Shown here one piece after another: positions 48,067-49,646 of a stretch of DNA of 49,646 bases. Where the stretch lies: assembly GCA_040386535.1 (NCBI GenBank), contig JAZKFH010000052.1, positions 1 through 49,646 of the forward strand, written 5' to 3'. The stretch is from Myxococcota bacterium. GTDB lineage: Bacteria > Myxococcota_A > UBA796 > SXON01. Both the position numbers and the translations under genes were made by a program. Under the pieces are notes generated by a model that made no database searches, had not been told where the DNA came from, and saw only the letters and a list, made by a program, of their open reading frames with translations. Within the stretch, counting starts at the first letter, position 1. Every line of letters begins with the position of its first letter.

Positions 48067-49239
48067 GTGCTCCTCCTCCTCCCGCTCCTCGCCTGCACCG
48101 GCCTCGAGAAGCCCGCGGACACCGCCACCGACGCGGACACCGATTCCGATACGGACACCGACACGGACACCGATTCCGACACGGACACGGACACGGACAC
48201 CGACACGGACACCGACACGGACACCGATGTCGACGCCGACACGGACACCGACGCGGACACCGATGCCGACACCGACACCGACGTGTACTTCCGCGCCTGC
48301 AACGTCACGCCGGACGCCGACTACCACGACGTGCTCACGGAGACGTGGGCGATCGATCTTGGCCTCGAAGGCACGCCCTTCCGCCTGATCGGCGACGAGG
48401 CGCGCTGGCTCGCCGTCGTCACCGACGCGGCGGTCGCCGTCTACGACTACACGGGCACCGGGGACACGCCGGGGACCGTCTCGTTGCGCTGGGTCCAGCC
48501 CTCCGCGGGCGCGATCGCGGCGGCGGTCGAGCCCACCACGCAGCGCGTCGTCCTGCTCGACGCGTACGACCAGCTCGTCACCTTCGCCCTGGCGGACGGC
48601 ACGCCGGGCCCCACCCTCGACGCGAGCGCCCACGGCCCGCTCACGGCCCTCTCCGCCGCGGGCGCCGGCGTCCAGGTCGCCGGGCCGGCCGCGATGGCCT
48701 GGTGGGTGCCGGACACCGGCAACGTGACCGTCTACGCGTCGCCGCTCGACACGGTCTCCCACCTCGCGTGGACCGGCTACCTCTACGCGGCCGGCACGGT
48801 CGGTGGCGCCGCCGCCGTCACCGTCATGAGCCCCTACATGCCGGAGGAGCCCGTCGCGACGTGGACGGCCCCGGAGAGCGGATCGGTGGCGGCCTTCCTC
48901 GCCCAGGACGACCGCGTCCTCGTGGTCGCGCCGAGCGCCGCGGACGATTCCACCGGGCTCCTGGTGACGCTCGCCCCGGACAGCCTCGACGCCACCCACG
49001 AGACCTGGCTCGTCGACCTCGACATCCGGGATCTCGCGAGCGTCGCGACGAGCCCCGTCTTCGCGTACGCGGGGGACACGCAGGTCGGGATCGTCCCCTG
49101 GGGCCGCAGCGAGGCCGGGAGCCCCAACGCGGAGCTCGACGGCGGCGTCGGCGCGTGGGTGACGCCGACCGACGCCGAGCTCTTCACGCTCGACCGCGGC
49201 GGTTCGCTGCGGCGCTGGACGTGTGTGCGGTACCGGTAG
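48067..49239 (+). CDS. Lipoprotein with long Asp-Thr linker and probable beta-propeller (390 aa)
   Basis: LLAC lipobox, (DT)n tract, beta-rich repeats ending LRRW. Confidence 0.8.
   Translation: MLLLLPLLACTGLEKPADTATDADTDSDTDTDTDTDSDTDTDTDTDTDTDTDTDVDADTDTDADTDADTDTDVYFRACNVTPDADYHDVLTETWAIDLGLEGTPFRLIGDEARWLAVVTDAAVAVYDYTGTGDTPGTVSLRWVQPSAGAIAAAVEPTTQRVVLLDAYDQLVTFALADGTPGPTLDASAHGPLTALSAAGAGVQVAGPAAMAWWVPDTGNVTVYASPLDTVSHLAWTGYLYAAGTVGGAAAVTVMSPYMPEEPVATWTAPESGSVAAFLAQDDRVLVVAPSAADDSTGLLVTLAPDSLDATHETWLVDLDIRDLASVATSPVFAYAGDTQVGIVPWGRSEAGSPNAELDGGVGAWVTPTDAELFTLDRGGSLRRWTCVRYR
48118..48282 (+). repeat. Coding hexamer repeat GACACS encoding about 55 aa of (Asp-Thr)n
   Basis: Direct reading of GACACC/GACACG repeats. 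Confidence 0.9.
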
Positions 49240-49303
49240 CTCGACGCGGAGAAGGGATGTCGGTGACGACAATCCGGTATCCTGCGCCCGAGGCCCACCG
49301 CCG

Positions 49304-49646
49304 ATGCGATGCTCCGCCGCCCTGCTCCTTTGTGTCGCCCTCGGCTGCCGTCCCGAGGGACCCGCCACGCCCTCCGACACCGCGGAGGTGACGCCCGACA
49401 CCGACCGTCCGTGCGACGAGCAGGACTGGTACGCCGACGGGGACGCGGACGGCTACGGCGATCCGGCGGTGGTCGAGCGCGCGTGTACGGCCCCGCTGGG
49501 GACGGTGGGGAACGCCGAGGACTGTGACGACACGGACCCCGCGGTCTCTCCGGCGGGCGTGGAGCTCTGCAACACGACCGACGACGACTGCGACGGCGCC
49601 GTGGACGAGGACGCCGCGGACGCCGCGACCTGGTACGCGGACGCCG
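49304..49646 (+). CDS. Lipoprotein with MopE-like repeats, runs off the window end (absent from the ORF track)
   Basis: Manual translation: MRCSAALLLCVALGCRPEG...WYADGDADGYGDP...DCDDTDPAVSPAGVELCNTTDDDCDGAVDEDAADAATWYADA. Confidence 0.85.
   Translation, partial: MRCSAALLLCVALGCRPEGPATPSDTAEVTPDTDRPCDEQDWYADGDADGYGDPAVVERACTAPLGTVGNAEDCDDTDPAVSPAGVELCNTTDDDCDGAVDEDAADAATWYADA

Noticed and set aside
49309..49527. 72-aa ORF in the track
   Set aside because: Wrong frame. The real gene starts at 49304 and runs off the window.

Overview
Very GC-rich bacterial DNA (judged by eye, not computed). Its gene content points to a Myxococcota-like organism, which is an inference from many Asp/Thr-rich lipoproteins, DCDD...CDG metal-binding repeats, an MxcI-like protein and a Ser/Thr kinase-ATPase-TPR protein. 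About 40 real genes lie beneath many GC-driven shadow ORFs. (1) 0.7-13.6 kb: two giant glycosylation enzymes (sulfotransferase-GT2-GT2 and GT2-TPR-GT2-GT2) bracket a convergent pair of surface lipoproteins. One has an integrin-beta-like vWA domain and the other a 7-blade FG-GAP integrin-alpha-like propeller. (2) 13.6-16.9 kb: a repeat-rich zone with an IS630 remnant nested between inverted repeats. (3) 16.9-25.3 kb: agmatinase plus an ExbD-domain lipoprotein, an SGNH hydrolase, and a prkA/yeaG-yeaH-spoVR operon extended by an unknown gene and a ferredoxin. (4) 25.6-39 kb: rhodanese, sulfatase-like, GH5-like, CotH, SDR, kinase and two-component genes. (5) 39-42 kb: a secreted Nma111/Deg7-type protease. 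(6) 42-49.6 kb: a lipoprotein array and a Fur-boxed MxcI/PepSY iron operon. The best candidate for an undescribed system is the integrin-alpha/beta-like lipoprotein pair embedded in a glycosylation/sulfation locus. No CRISPR array, tRNA or rRNA was seen. All family assignments come from motif recognition, not database searches.
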